64,000 bases of DNA from Vicinamibacteraceae bacterium (lineage in GTDB: Bacteria > Acidobacteriota > Thermoanaerobaculia > Multivoradales > Multivoraceae). This document shows positions 1 through 8,229 of the stretch, piece by piece. Made by a program: the position numbers and the translations under genes. How positions within the stretch are numbered: position 1 is the first letter of the stretch; the number at the start of each line of letters is the position of its first letter. A model generated the notes under the pieces. The model saw only the letters and a list, made by a program, of their open reading frames with translations, made no database searches and was not told where the DNA came from. The stretch lies in assembly GCA_012270995.1 (NCBI GenBank), contig JAAXHG010000151.1, forward strand, positions 279 through 64,278, given 5' to 3'.

Positions 1-7
1 CGAGCGG

Positions 8-826
8 GTGGCCGGGGCGCTGCTGCGCGAGCTGCTGCCGCGGGACGAGTACGTGATCGCCACCAAGGTATCCATGCCGATGGGCCGGTCGCCGAACCAG
101 GGCGGGCTGTCCCGCAAGCACATCATGGAGGGGGTCGACGGCTGCCTGCAACGGCTGGGCCTCGACTACATCGATCAGTTGATCATCCATCGGCACCCGC
201 ACGGCATTCCCGGCCAGGTCCAGGCACCGATCGAGGAGACGCTGGAGGCGCTGCACGACGTGGTGAAGGCGGGCAAGGCTCTCTACCTGGGCGCGTCGTC
301 CATGTTCGCGTGGCAGTTCACGGAGCTCCAGATGACGGCTCGGCAAAACGGCTGGACCGAGTTCGTGTCGATGCAGAACCACTACAACCTGGTCTACCGC
401 GAGGAAGAGCGGGAGATGAACCCGTACTGCGCCCGGACCGGCGTGGCGCTCACGCCCTGGTCGCCGCTGGCGCGTGGAATCCTGACCGGCTCGTACCGGG
501 GCAGCTTCGACGAGGGCGGCACGGACCGCTCGAAGGGCGGCGACCGGGTGCGCACCGAGATGCTCTACCGCGGCGCGGCCACTTTCGACATCGCCGACCG
601 GGTGGTCGAGGTGGCCGAGAAGTACGGCCGCGCGCCGGCGCAGATTGCGCTCGCCTGGCTGGTCAACAAGCCCGAAGTGACGTCGCCCGTCGTCGGCGTG
701 TCGAAGATCTCCCAGATCGAGCAGCTCGTCGAGGCGACGACGATCGAACTCGACGCGGACGACGTCGCCTACCTGGAGGAGCCGTACCAGCCGGTGGAAA
801 ACCTGCTGTCGCTCGGCCATTCGTAG
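8..826 (+). CDS. Aldo/keto reductase (5' part probably outside window)
   Basis: AKR motifs VIATKV, GLSRKHI, LQRLGLDYID, MQNHYNL, PWSPLARG. Confidence 0.9.
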   Translation: MAGALLRELLPRDEYVIATKVSMPMGRSPNQGGLSRKHIMEGVDGCLQRLGLDYIDQLIIHRHPHGIPGQVQAPIEETLEALHDVVKAGKALYLGASSMFAWQFTELQMTARQNGWTEFVSMQNHYNLVYREEEREMNPYCARTGVALTPWSPLARGILTGSYRGSFDEGGTDRSKGGDRVRTEMLYRGAATFDIADRVVEVAEKYGRAPAQIALAWLVNKPEVTSPVVGVSKISQIEQLVEATTIELDADDVAYLEEPYQPVENLLSLGHS

Positions 827-943
827 CCCGGCCAGCTCTCTGGCCGGTAGCCGACCAGCCGGGGCGAGTGCCCATGAAGTGGGTCGCCGGTTCCAGGCGC
901 TATCATCGGCTGCTGATTCTCGAACTGAACTGGGGACTCCCGC

Positions 944-2782
944 TTGAAGCATCGAGCCAGTCCAGGAAGCCGCGCGGCGACGGCGATCGCCTGCTGCATC
1001 GCCCTGCCGGCGGCCGCCGTCGGCGCGCCGGTCGATACCGCCGGTCACCCATGGGTTGGCGACCTGGCGCCGCTGGCCGAGTCGGACTTCGGCTACGAGC
1101 AGGCGGCGCACCTGCTGGAACGGGCGGGGTTCGGCGGCACGCCGGCGGAGATCGAGGAACTCGTTTCGCTCGGGCTGGAAGGCGCGGTCGCCCGGCTCGT
1201 CGACTACGAGGCGATCGACGACTTGGCGCTTGCGCCGTTCGACGAGTCCGGGATCTGGGATCCGGGAATGGACCCGTTCCCGCCCAGCCGGGCGGCGGCG
1301 GTGCGAAGGGCGCGGCGGCACGGACGGGCGCTCGGCGTCGACGTACTGCCCGAGGGTTCGTCGCGGCCGATCCAGCCCGTCGTCGACAAGTTCTTCTACG
1401 GGCTGCGCAGCAACGTGCTGGAGACGCGGCGGCTGGCGCTGTGGTGGGCCGACCGGATGGTGGCGACGCCGCGGCCGCTCGAAGAGAAGATGACCCTCTT
1501 CTGGCACGACCACTTCGCGACCTCGGAGGTCAAGGTCCGCGACGCCCGCAAGATGCACCTGCAGAACCGGACCCTGCGCGCTCACGCCACGGCGGACTTC
1601 AAGAGCCTGGTGCTCGCGGTCATGCGCGATCCGGCGATGCTGGTCTACCTCGACAACCGGGAGAACGTGAAGGACCACCCGAACGAGAACTTCGGCCGCG
1701 AGCTGCTCGAACTGTTCACGATGGGGATCGGCAACTACACCGAGCAGGACATCCGGGAGGCGTCGCGGGCGTTCACCGGCTGGACGAACGACGTCCTGGA
1801 CTTCCGGTTCAAAGCCGATCTCCACGACGACGGTCCGAAGACCTTCCTGGGGCGCGAGGGCGCCCTGGGCGGTGAGGAAGTGCTCGACATCATCCTCGAG
1901 CAGCCGGCCACCGGCGAGTTCCTCGCCGGCAGGGTCTACCGCTACCTGGTTCGGGAGGAGCTCGACTCGGCGCTCCAGGTCGAACTGGGTCGTCGCCTGC
2001 GCGAATCCGGGTACGAGATGAAGGCGCTGCTGCGGACGATCCTCTCGTCGCGGGACTTCTACAGCCCGCCGTCGGTCGCCACCCAGATCAAGAGCCCGGT
2101 CGCACTGTTCGTCTCGACCTACCGCAAGCTCGGCGTGCCGAGGGCGCCCACGGTGCCCGACGTGAACAGTCTCGCGGGGCGCCTGGGCCAACAACTGCTG
2201 TACCCGCCGAACGTCGCCGGCTGGGCGGGTGGACGGACCTGGATCACGCCGGCGACGTTGCTCGAGCGCGGCAACGCGATGCGCTCCGTCCTCTTTCCGC
2301 CCACCCTCGAGGAGTTCGGCCATCCGGACCGGCGGATGCCCGGGATCTACCGCCAGGTCGGCGAGCGGCTGGCGCGGGGCATGACGATCACGGCGGCGAC
2401 CAGGCAGGGCGACGCCGCGTCCAACACGCTGGCCGACGCGGACGAGGAGTACAACACCCGCTACGGCGGCTATCGCGGCTACGTGGTGGCCTACGAACGG
2501 GTCAAGCTCGTGCCGCGCCACGTCCTCGACGTTGACGTCCGGGCGATGGTGCTGGCGGCCGGCGCTACCGACGCCGAGGGAGCGGTCGACCACCTCCTGC
2601 ACCGGTTCCTGCGCGTTCCGCTGACGGGCCGAGGACGCGCGGCGCTGGTCCGGCACCTGGAGCGCGAGCTGGAGTCGACCGGTCTGAAAGCACAAGACCC
2701 CGGCGCACCGGAGAGAGTCGAGGAAGCGCTACGCTCGACGCTCTACCTCGTCTTCAGTTCGCCCGAGTATCAGTTGGGCTGA
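944..2782 (+). CDS. DUF1800 family exported protein
   Basis: AAHLLERAGFG, LEEKMTLFWHDHFAT, PAMLVYLDN, PNENFGRELLELFTMG, C-terminal SPEYQL; signal-like N-terminus. Confidence 0.9.
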   Translation: MKHRASPGSRAATAIACCIALPAAAVGAPVDTAGHPWVGDLAPLAESDFGYEQAAHLLERAGFGGTPAEIEELVSLGLEGAVARLVDYEAIDDLALAPFDESGIWDPGMDPFPPSRAAAVRRARRHGRALGVDVLPEGSSRPIQPVVDKFFYGLRSNVLETRRLALWWADRMVATPRPLEEKMTLFWHDHFATSEVKVRDARKMHLQNRTLRAHATADFKSLVLAVMRDPAMLVYLDNRENVKDHPNENFGRELLELFTMGIGNYTEQDIREASRAFTGWTNDVLDFRFKADLHDDGPKTFLGREGALGGEEVLDIILEQPATGEFLAGRVYRYLVREELDSALQVELGRRLRESGYEMKALLRTILSSRDFYSPPSVATQIKSPVALFVSTYRKLGVPRAPTVPDVNSLAGRLGQQLLYPPNVAGWAGGRTWITPATLLERGNAMRSVLFPPTLEEFGHPDRRMPGIYRQVGERLARGMTITAATRQGDAASNTLADADEEYNTRYGGYRGYVVAYERVKLVPRHVLDVDVRAMVLAAGATDAEGAVDHLLHRFLRVPLTGRGRAALVRHLERELESTGLKAQDPGAPERVEEALRSTLYLVFSSPEYQLG

Positions 2783-2793
2783 GGAGTTCCCCT

Positions 2794-4050
2794 ATGGCTG
2801 AACGACTTCCTTGCGGCTGTTCGCGGCGCGACTTCCTGCACCGCGGCCTCCTTGGACTCGGTGTCGCCGCCGGTCTGCCGGCGGTCCTTGGCCGTACGTC
2901 GGCGGCGCTCGCGCTGGAAGAACTGCGGTCGGGGATCGCCGACGCGTCGGGACGCATTTTGGTCGTCGTGGAACTCTCCGGCGGCAACGACGGGCTGAAC
3001 ACGGTCATCCCGTTCCGGAACGACGAATACTACCGAGTGCGCCCGAACCTGGGCATCCGCCCGAAGCGGGCGATCAAGCTCACCGAGGAGGCCGGGTTCC
3101 ACCCGTCGCTCGTCGGCATGGAGGGCCTGTACAAGGACGGGAACCTGGCGGTCGTCGAGGGCTGCGGCTATCCGAACCCGAGCCTGTCCCACTTCTCGTC
3201 GATGGGCTTCTGGCACACCGGCGTGCCGAACGGCGGCGAGGCGCTCGGCTGGCTTGGCCGTCTCGCCGACGATCACGGTCCGGACGGCACGCCGAACTAC
3301 ATCGTCAACGTGGCTAGCTCCCAGTCCCTGGCGGTGCGCGCGGCCCGGCACTCGCCATTGGTGTTCGACGACCCGGGCCGTCTGCGGCGCCAGGGCACGC
3401 CGGGCGAGAAGCAGGCGCTCGGCCAGTTCGGCACGGACGAGGCGAGCGGCAACGACGCGCTCGACTTCCTGCGCGGCACGGCCGCCAACGCCGCTTCCAG
3501 CGCGGCGCTCGTGCGGGACGCGTGGTCCGGCTACCGCACGCCGGTCGACTACGGCATCGGCGGCCTCGGCGCCGACCTGCGCAAGGTCGCGGCCCTGATC
3601 GAGGCCGAACTGCCCACCCGCATCTACTACGTGAGCTTCCGCGGCAACTCGTTCGACACCCATGTCCACCAGGCCGACACCCACGCCCGGCTGCTGATGT
3701 ACATGTCCGACGCGGTTGCCGGCTTCCTGCGCGACGTCGACCGAATCGGCCGGGCCGACGACGTGGCGGTGCTGATGTTCACCGAGTTCGGCCGGCGGGT
3801 GGAGGAAAACGCGAGCCTCGGCACCGACCACGGCACCGCGGGCCCGATGTTCGTCGCCGGCAAGGGCGTCGCCGGCGGCTTCTACGGCGACGCGCCTGAT
3901 CTCACCGATCTCGACGACGGCAACCTGAAGATGACGACCGACTTCCGGCGGGTCTACGCGTCGATGATCGAGGGCTGGATGGGCATGGACGACGCCTCCG
4001 CCGTCCTCAAGGGCGAGTTCCCGGCGCTGCCGGTGTTCGGCGTGACGTAG
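2794..4050 (+). CDS. DUF1501 family protein, Tat-exported
   Basis: SRRDFL Tat motif; LVVVELSGGNDGLNTVIP, SHF, FDTH, TEFGRR, GTDHG. Confidence 0.9.
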   Translation: MAERLPCGCSRRDFLHRGLLGLGVAAGLPAVLGRTSAALALEELRSGIADASGRILVVVELSGGNDGLNTVIPFRNDEYYRVRPNLGIRPKRAIKLTEEAGFHPSLVGMEGLYKDGNLAVVEGCGYPNPSLSHFSSMGFWHTGVPNGGEALGWLGRLADDHGPDGTPNYIVNVASSQSLAVRAARHSPLVFDDPGRLRRQGTPGEKQALGQFGTDEASGNDALDFLRGTAANAASSAALVRDAWSGYRTPVDYGIGGLGADLRKVAALIEAELPTRIYYVSFRGNSFDTHVHQADTHARLLMYMSDAVAGFLRDVDRIGRADDVAVLMFTEFGRRVEENASLGTDHGTAGPMFVAGKGVAGGFYGDAPDLTDLDDGNLKMTTDFRRVYASMIEGWMGMDDASAVLKGEFPALPVFGVT

Positions 4051-4064
4051 GCTTCGGGCCGGAA
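3915..4064 (+). repeat. 150-bp direct repeat, copy 1 (3' end of DUF1501 gene + 14 bp)
   Basis: Matches 5648-5797 with 2 substitutions. Confidence 0.95.
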
Positions 4065-4070
4065 ACCGTG

Positions 4071-4150
4071 GAGCCCGGACCGGCACTTCGTCTCCTTTCG
4101 GCCCATCTGCCGAATCTGAAGGGCTTGGCCATCCGCGACCGAGGCGGGGT
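4071..4150 (+). pseudogene. Fragment of the ATPase/TOPRIM gene (homologous to 14961-15041)
   Basis: gaccggcacttcgtctcctttcggcccatctgccgaatctgaagggcttggccatccgcgaccgag vs gaccggcacttcttctcccttcggccgatgctgccgaatctgaaggggctggcgattcgcgaccgag. Confidence 0.8.
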
Positions 4151-4181
4151 TGACACCGAGTCTTGGTTGTGTTCGGATCTT

Positions 4182-4260
4182 GGCTGCGGTGGCCGCTTGG
4201 AGCGGCTGATCGCAGTTTCCGCCTGAGCCCGACCCCCAGTTTGTAATGGGTAGGGCGGTT
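4182..4260 (+). ncRNA. Putative structured RNA upstream of NYN gene (candidate RNA antitoxin or leader)
   Basis: TTGACA at 4150-4155; hairpin 4182-4217 with G-U pairs; bulged hairpin GCCC-G-ACCC...GGGT-A-GGGC 4227-4256; followed by terminator. Confidence 0.45.
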
Positions 4261-4265
4261 GTCAT

Positions 4266-4296
4266 AGGGGCTCCCCAAGGGAGCCCCTCTTTGTTT
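4266..4296 (+). terminator. Intrinsic terminator directly upstream of NYN gene
   Basis: AGGGGCTCCC-caa-GGGAGCCCCT perfect 10-bp stem followed by ctttgttt. Confidence 0.75.
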
Positions 4297-4309
4297 GCCT
4301 GGAGGCATC

Positions 4310-5533
4310 GTGGACTACGTGGCGGTCTTCGTGGACGCCGGTTATCTGTTTGCTGCTGGTTCGGACGCTCTCAGCGGCAAGGTTCTCCCCCGAGGCGCAA
4401 CGCGCCTGGACTTGGACGACACCGTGGAGGCGCTGAAGGACATCGCCGAGCGAGCGTCCGGCGGCCTCCGGCTCCTGAGGATCTACTGGTACGACGGTAC
4501 CCAGGGGGAGCCGACCCTGATGCACCGTCGGCTAGCCAGGCACGCTCACGTCAAGGTGAGGCTGGGCATCGTGGACAGTCGCGGCCAGCAGAAGGGCGTG
4601 GATTCCCTCCTGGTGACGGACATGATCGCCTTGGCGCGCAACCGGGCGATGACGGAGTGCGTCCTGCTTTCCGGCGACGAGGACGTCAGGGTAGGGGTAC
4701 AACAGGCGCAGGAGTACGGAATTCGCGTTCACCTGTTGGGGGTGGGAACGGCGGCCTACAACCAGTCGGACCTGCTCGTTCAGGAAGCGGACGAACACTG
4801 GTTCTGGAAGGCAGACGATCTGAAGGCCTTCCTGACGATCAGGCTGCCGACCGAGACCGATGGGGCCAGGCCTCGCTCGCCCGAAGAGGTCGACCGGCGT
4901 TTGCTGGAGGTGGCGCGGACTGAGGCTGCCGAGGTCCCGGCGGGCGAGCGCGAGAAGATGAGCGGCTCCATCCGGCGCACAGGTCTACGGCCCAAGGAGA
5001 TAGACAGGCGGTTGTTGGGAAGGGCGGCAGGCGAGGCGCTTGACGGCGGGGTGCTGAGCGAGGAGCACAAGCGGCGTGTCCGAGACGCATTCCTGGAGTC
5101 CTTGGTCGAACTGCACGAGGTAGACACCGACGAAGCGTCCGGTTGCGCCCCTGAGGAGGTGTCCCGAGGCCGTCAGGGAGCGGCAAGTAGCGGCCAGTCC
5201 GCCGCGGAACAGATGGACGACGAACACGCGGACGCGGTCCAGGTGGACGAAGAACCCGCACTCGGCGCTGGAGATACGGCCGAGCGCTTGGTCGAAGTGG
5301 CGCGTAGCGAGGCGGAATCCGTGCCGGCGGGACGCCGAGAGGAGCTGATTCGCCACATCGAAGAGACCGGCTACCGGCCCCGAGAGGTCGACGCCGCCCT
5401 GCTGGCAAGGTGCTCGCGCGAGGTGCTCGGCGGCCGGGTGTTGGACGAAAGCCAACGGAAGCGGGCCCGGGACGCCTTCTCGGCGGCTCTGCGCGAGCTT
5501 CTACAGGTGGCGGCCGAGCCTGAAGACGAGTGA
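4310..5533 (+). CDS. NYN (LabA/DUF88, PIN-like) ribonuclease with duplicated C-terminal helical domain
   Basis: VFVDAGYL, LLRIYWYDG, QQKGVD, LLSGDED; GGAGG RBS at 4301 before GTG 4310; two ~70-aa C-terminal repeats. Confidence 0.88.
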   Translation: MDYVAVFVDAGYLFAAGSDALSGKVLPRGATRLDLDDTVEALKDIAERASGGLRLLRIYWYDGTQGEPTLMHRRLARHAHVKVRLGIVDSRGQQKGVDSLLVTDMIALARNRAMTECVLLSGDEDVRVGVQQAQEYGIRVHLLGVGTAAYNQSDLLVQEADEHWFWKADDLKAFLTIRLPTETDGARPRSPEEVDRRLLEVARTEAAEVPAGEREKMSGSIRRTGLRPKEIDRRLLGRAAGEALDGGVLSEEHKRRVRDAFLESLVELHEVDTDEASGCAPEEVSRGRQGAASSGQSAAEQMDDEHADAVQVDEEPALGAGDTAERLVEVARSEAESVPAGRREELIRHIEETGYRPREVDAALLARCSREVLGGRVLDESQRKRARDAFSAALRELLQVAAEPEDE

Positions 5534-5618
5534 TCGTCGGTTTGCTTACCGGTTCGCGGGCCTTGCTCCCTATCAGGGCGCCTCGTCGGCGGCTGCGGCA
5601 GCCTGTTCGTCGGCCAGC

Positions 5619-5797
5619 ATGTCCGACGCCGTCGCCGGCTTCCTGCGCGACGGCAAGCTGAAGATGACGATCGACTTCCGGCGGGTCTACGCGTCGATGA
5701 TCGAGGGCTGGATGGGCATGGACGACGCCTCCGCCGTCCTCAAGGGCGAGTTCCCGGCGCTGCCGGTGTTCGGCGTGACGTAGGCTTCGGGCCGGAA
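5619..5797 (+). repeat. Direct repeat copy 2: internally deleted duplicate of DUF1501 3' end
   Basis: 5619-5652 matches 3703-3736, joined at cgacg microhomology to 5648-5797 (= 3915-4064). Confidence 0.92.
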
Positions 5798-5862
5798 GGA
5801 TGTCCGGCTTCGGGGATCAGGTCGGCACTGAGATCGGACGGCACGGGAGGCCGCTGAGCGGG

Positions 5863-8226
5863 ATGAACAAGCGGGATCTGACCGAGACCGACATCCGCAC
5901 GAAGTTCATCACGCCCGCGCTGCGGAAGGCCGGGTGGGACGAGATGTCGCAGCTTCGCGAGGAGGTGAGCTTCACGGACGGCCGCATCACCGTGCGCGGC
6001 AAGCTGGTCTCGCGCGGCAAGCGGAAGCGCGCCGACTACGTCCTCGACTTCAAGCCGAACATTCCGGTCGCGGTGATCGAGGCGAAGGACAACAGGCACG
6101 GCGTCGGCGACGGCATGCAGCAGGCCTTGGACTACGCCGAGACCCTGAACATCCCGTTCGCGTTCTCGTCGAACGGCGACGGCTTCGTGTTCCACGACCG
6201 CACGGGGGCCAGTACGCCTCGCGAGACGAACCTGCCGCTCGACGCGTTTCCGTCACCGGTCGATCTGTGGGCCCGCTATCGGGCCTGGAAGGGCCTGGCG
6301 CCCGAAGCCGAGGAGATCGTCCTCCAGGATTACTTCGAGGACCCTGGCGGCAAGACGCCGCGCTACTACCAGATCAACGCCGTCAACGCGGCGGTCGAGG
6401 CCATCGCCAGAGGCCGGGACCGCGTCCTGCTCGTGATGGCCACGGGCACGGGCAAGACGTACACCGCCTTCCAGATCATCTGGCGGTTGTGGAGGGCGCG
6501 GCGCAAGAAGCGGATTCTGTTCCTCGCCGATCGCAACGTGCTGATCGACCAGACGATCGCGAACGACTTCCGCCCGTTCGGCGGCGCGATGACCAAGCTC
6601 TCGCGGCGGATCGACCCGTCCTACGAGGTCTACCTCGGCCTCTACCAGGCGATCACGGGGCCGGAGGAGCGGCAGAAGGCCTACCGGAAGCTGTCGCCTG
6701 GTTTCTTCGACCTGATCGTGATCGACGAGTGCCATCGCGGCAGCGTGGCCGAGGATTCGGCGTGGCGCGAGATCCTCGAGTACTTCTCGTCCGCCACGCA
6801 GATCGGTCTGACCGCGACGCCGAAGGAGACGAGGTACGTCTCGAACATCTCGTACTTCGGCGAGCCGGTTTACTCCTACTCCCTGAAGCAGGGCATTCGG
6901 GACGGTTTCCTCGCGCCCTACAAGGTGGTCAAGGTCCACATCGACCGGGACGTCGAAGGTTACCGTCCGGAGAAGGGCCAGCGTGACCGCGACGGCGAGG
7001 AGGTGGAAGACCGCGTCTACAACGCGCGCGACTTCGACCGTACCCTGGTCCTTGACGGACGCACGAAGCTCGTGGCGGAGAAGGTCACCGCCTTTCTGCG
7101 AGAGACCGGAGACCGCTTCCAGAAGGCGATCGTCTTCTGCGTCGATCAGGAGCACGCCGCCCGGATGCGCCAGGCGCTCGTCAACGAGAACGCCGATCTG
7201 GTCGAACGCAACGCGCGGTACGTCATGCGGATCACGGGCGCGGACGAGGCCGGAAAGGCCGAACTGGGCAACTTCATCGATCCGGAATCGACGCACCCGG
7301 TGCTCGTCACCACCTCGCGCCTGCTGTCCACCGGCGTCGATGTCCAGACCTGCCGCGTCATCGCGCTCGACCGTCCTGTCGGCTCGATGACCGAGTTCAA
7401 GCAGATCGTCGGCCGCGGCACGCGAGTGCACGAGGACACCGGGAAGCTCTACTTCACGCTGATGGACTTCCGCGGCGCGGCGGATCACTTCGCCGACCCG
7501 GAGTTCGACGGCGAACCGGCGCAGGTTTACGAGCCGGGCGAGGGCGACCCCATGGCGCCGCCCGACGACCTTGAAGAACCGGGGGAGAGTCTCGGGGACG
7601 ACGAGATGCGCGACCTGATGGGAAACGGTCTCCTGCCGCCGGGGCCGGGGCCGGGGCCGGGGAAGAAGATCTACGTCGACGGCGTCGAGGCGGACATCGT
7701 CGCGGAGCGCGTCCAGTACCTCGACGGCCGCGGCAAACTCGTGACCGAATCCCTGCGCGACTTCACGCGGAGGGCCTTGCGCCGGCGCTTCGCCAGCCTC
7801 GACGACTTCCTGAATCGGTGGAACGCGGCCGAGCGGAAGCAGGCGGTCATCGAAGAGGTGGCCGCGGAGGGCCTGCCGCTGTCGATCATCGTCCAGGAAC
7901 TGAACCGGGACCTGGACCCCTTCGATCTCGTCTGCCACGTCGCCTTCGACGCCAGGCCGCTCACCCGCCGCGAGCGGGCCGAGAACGTCAGGAAACGGGA
8001 CGTGTTCACGAAGTACGGAGGACAGGCCCGCGCGGTGCTCGGCGCCTTGCTCGAGAAGTACGCCGACGAGGGCGTCATCGATCTCGACGACGCCAACGTG
8101 CTCAGGATCCCGCCGCTCGACCGTCTCGGCACGCCGGTCGAGTTGGTCGGCGCCTTCGGCGGAAAGCCCGGTTTCCAGCGTGCCGTCCGCGATCTTCAAT
8201 CGGCGCTCTATGGCGAGGTCGCCTGA
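5863..8226 (+). CDS. hsdR: Type I restriction enzyme R subunit (EcoAI/EcoEI-like)
   Basis: ADYVL...IEAK nuclease motif; MATGTGKT, DECHRG, GLTATP, QIVGRGTR; EcoEI-type C-terminus. Confidence 0.93.
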   Translation: MNKRDLTETDIRTKFITPALRKAGWDEMSQLREEVSFTDGRITVRGKLVSRGKRKRADYVLDFKPNIPVAVIEAKDNRHGVGDGMQQALDYAETLNIPFAFSSNGDGFVFHDRTGASTPRETNLPLDAFPSPVDLWARYRAWKGLAPEAEEIVLQDYFEDPGGKTPRYYQINAVNAAVEAIARGRDRVLLVMATGTGKTYTAFQIIWRLWRARRKKRILFLADRNVLIDQTIANDFRPFGGAMTKLSRRIDPSYEVYLGLYQAITGPEERQKAYRKLSPGFFDLIVIDECHRGSVAEDSAWREILEYFSSATQIGLTATPKETRYVSNISYFGEPVYSYSLKQGIRDGFLAPYKVVKVHIDRDVEGYRPEKGQRDRDGEEVEDRVYNARDFDRTLVLDGRTKLVAEKVTAFLRETGDRFQKAIVFCVDQEHAARMRQALVNENADLVERNARYVMRITGADEAGKAELGNFIDPESTHPVLVTTSRLLSTGVDVQTCRVIALDRPVGSMTEFKQIVGRGTRVHEDTGKLYFTLMDFRGAADHFADPEFDGEPAQVYEPGEGDPMAPPDDLEEPGESLGDDEMRDLMGNGLLPPGPGPGPGKKIYVDGVEADIVAERVQYLDGRGKLVTESLRDFTRRALRRRFASLDDFLNRWNAAERKQAVIEEVAAEGLPLSIIVQELNRDLDPFDLVCHVAFDARPLTRRERAENVRKRDVFTKYGGQARAVLGALLEKYADEGVIDLDDANVLRIPPLDRLGTPVELVGAFGGKPGFQRAVRDLQSALYGEVA

Positions 8227-8229
8227 GAT

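Noticed and set aside
828-847. Hairpin after the AKR gene as an intrinsic terminator
   Set aside because: 8-bp stem but no U-tract
3915-5797. DGR template/variable repeat pair
   Set aside because: The two mismatches are at C positions, not adenine-specific, and no reverse transcriptase is present
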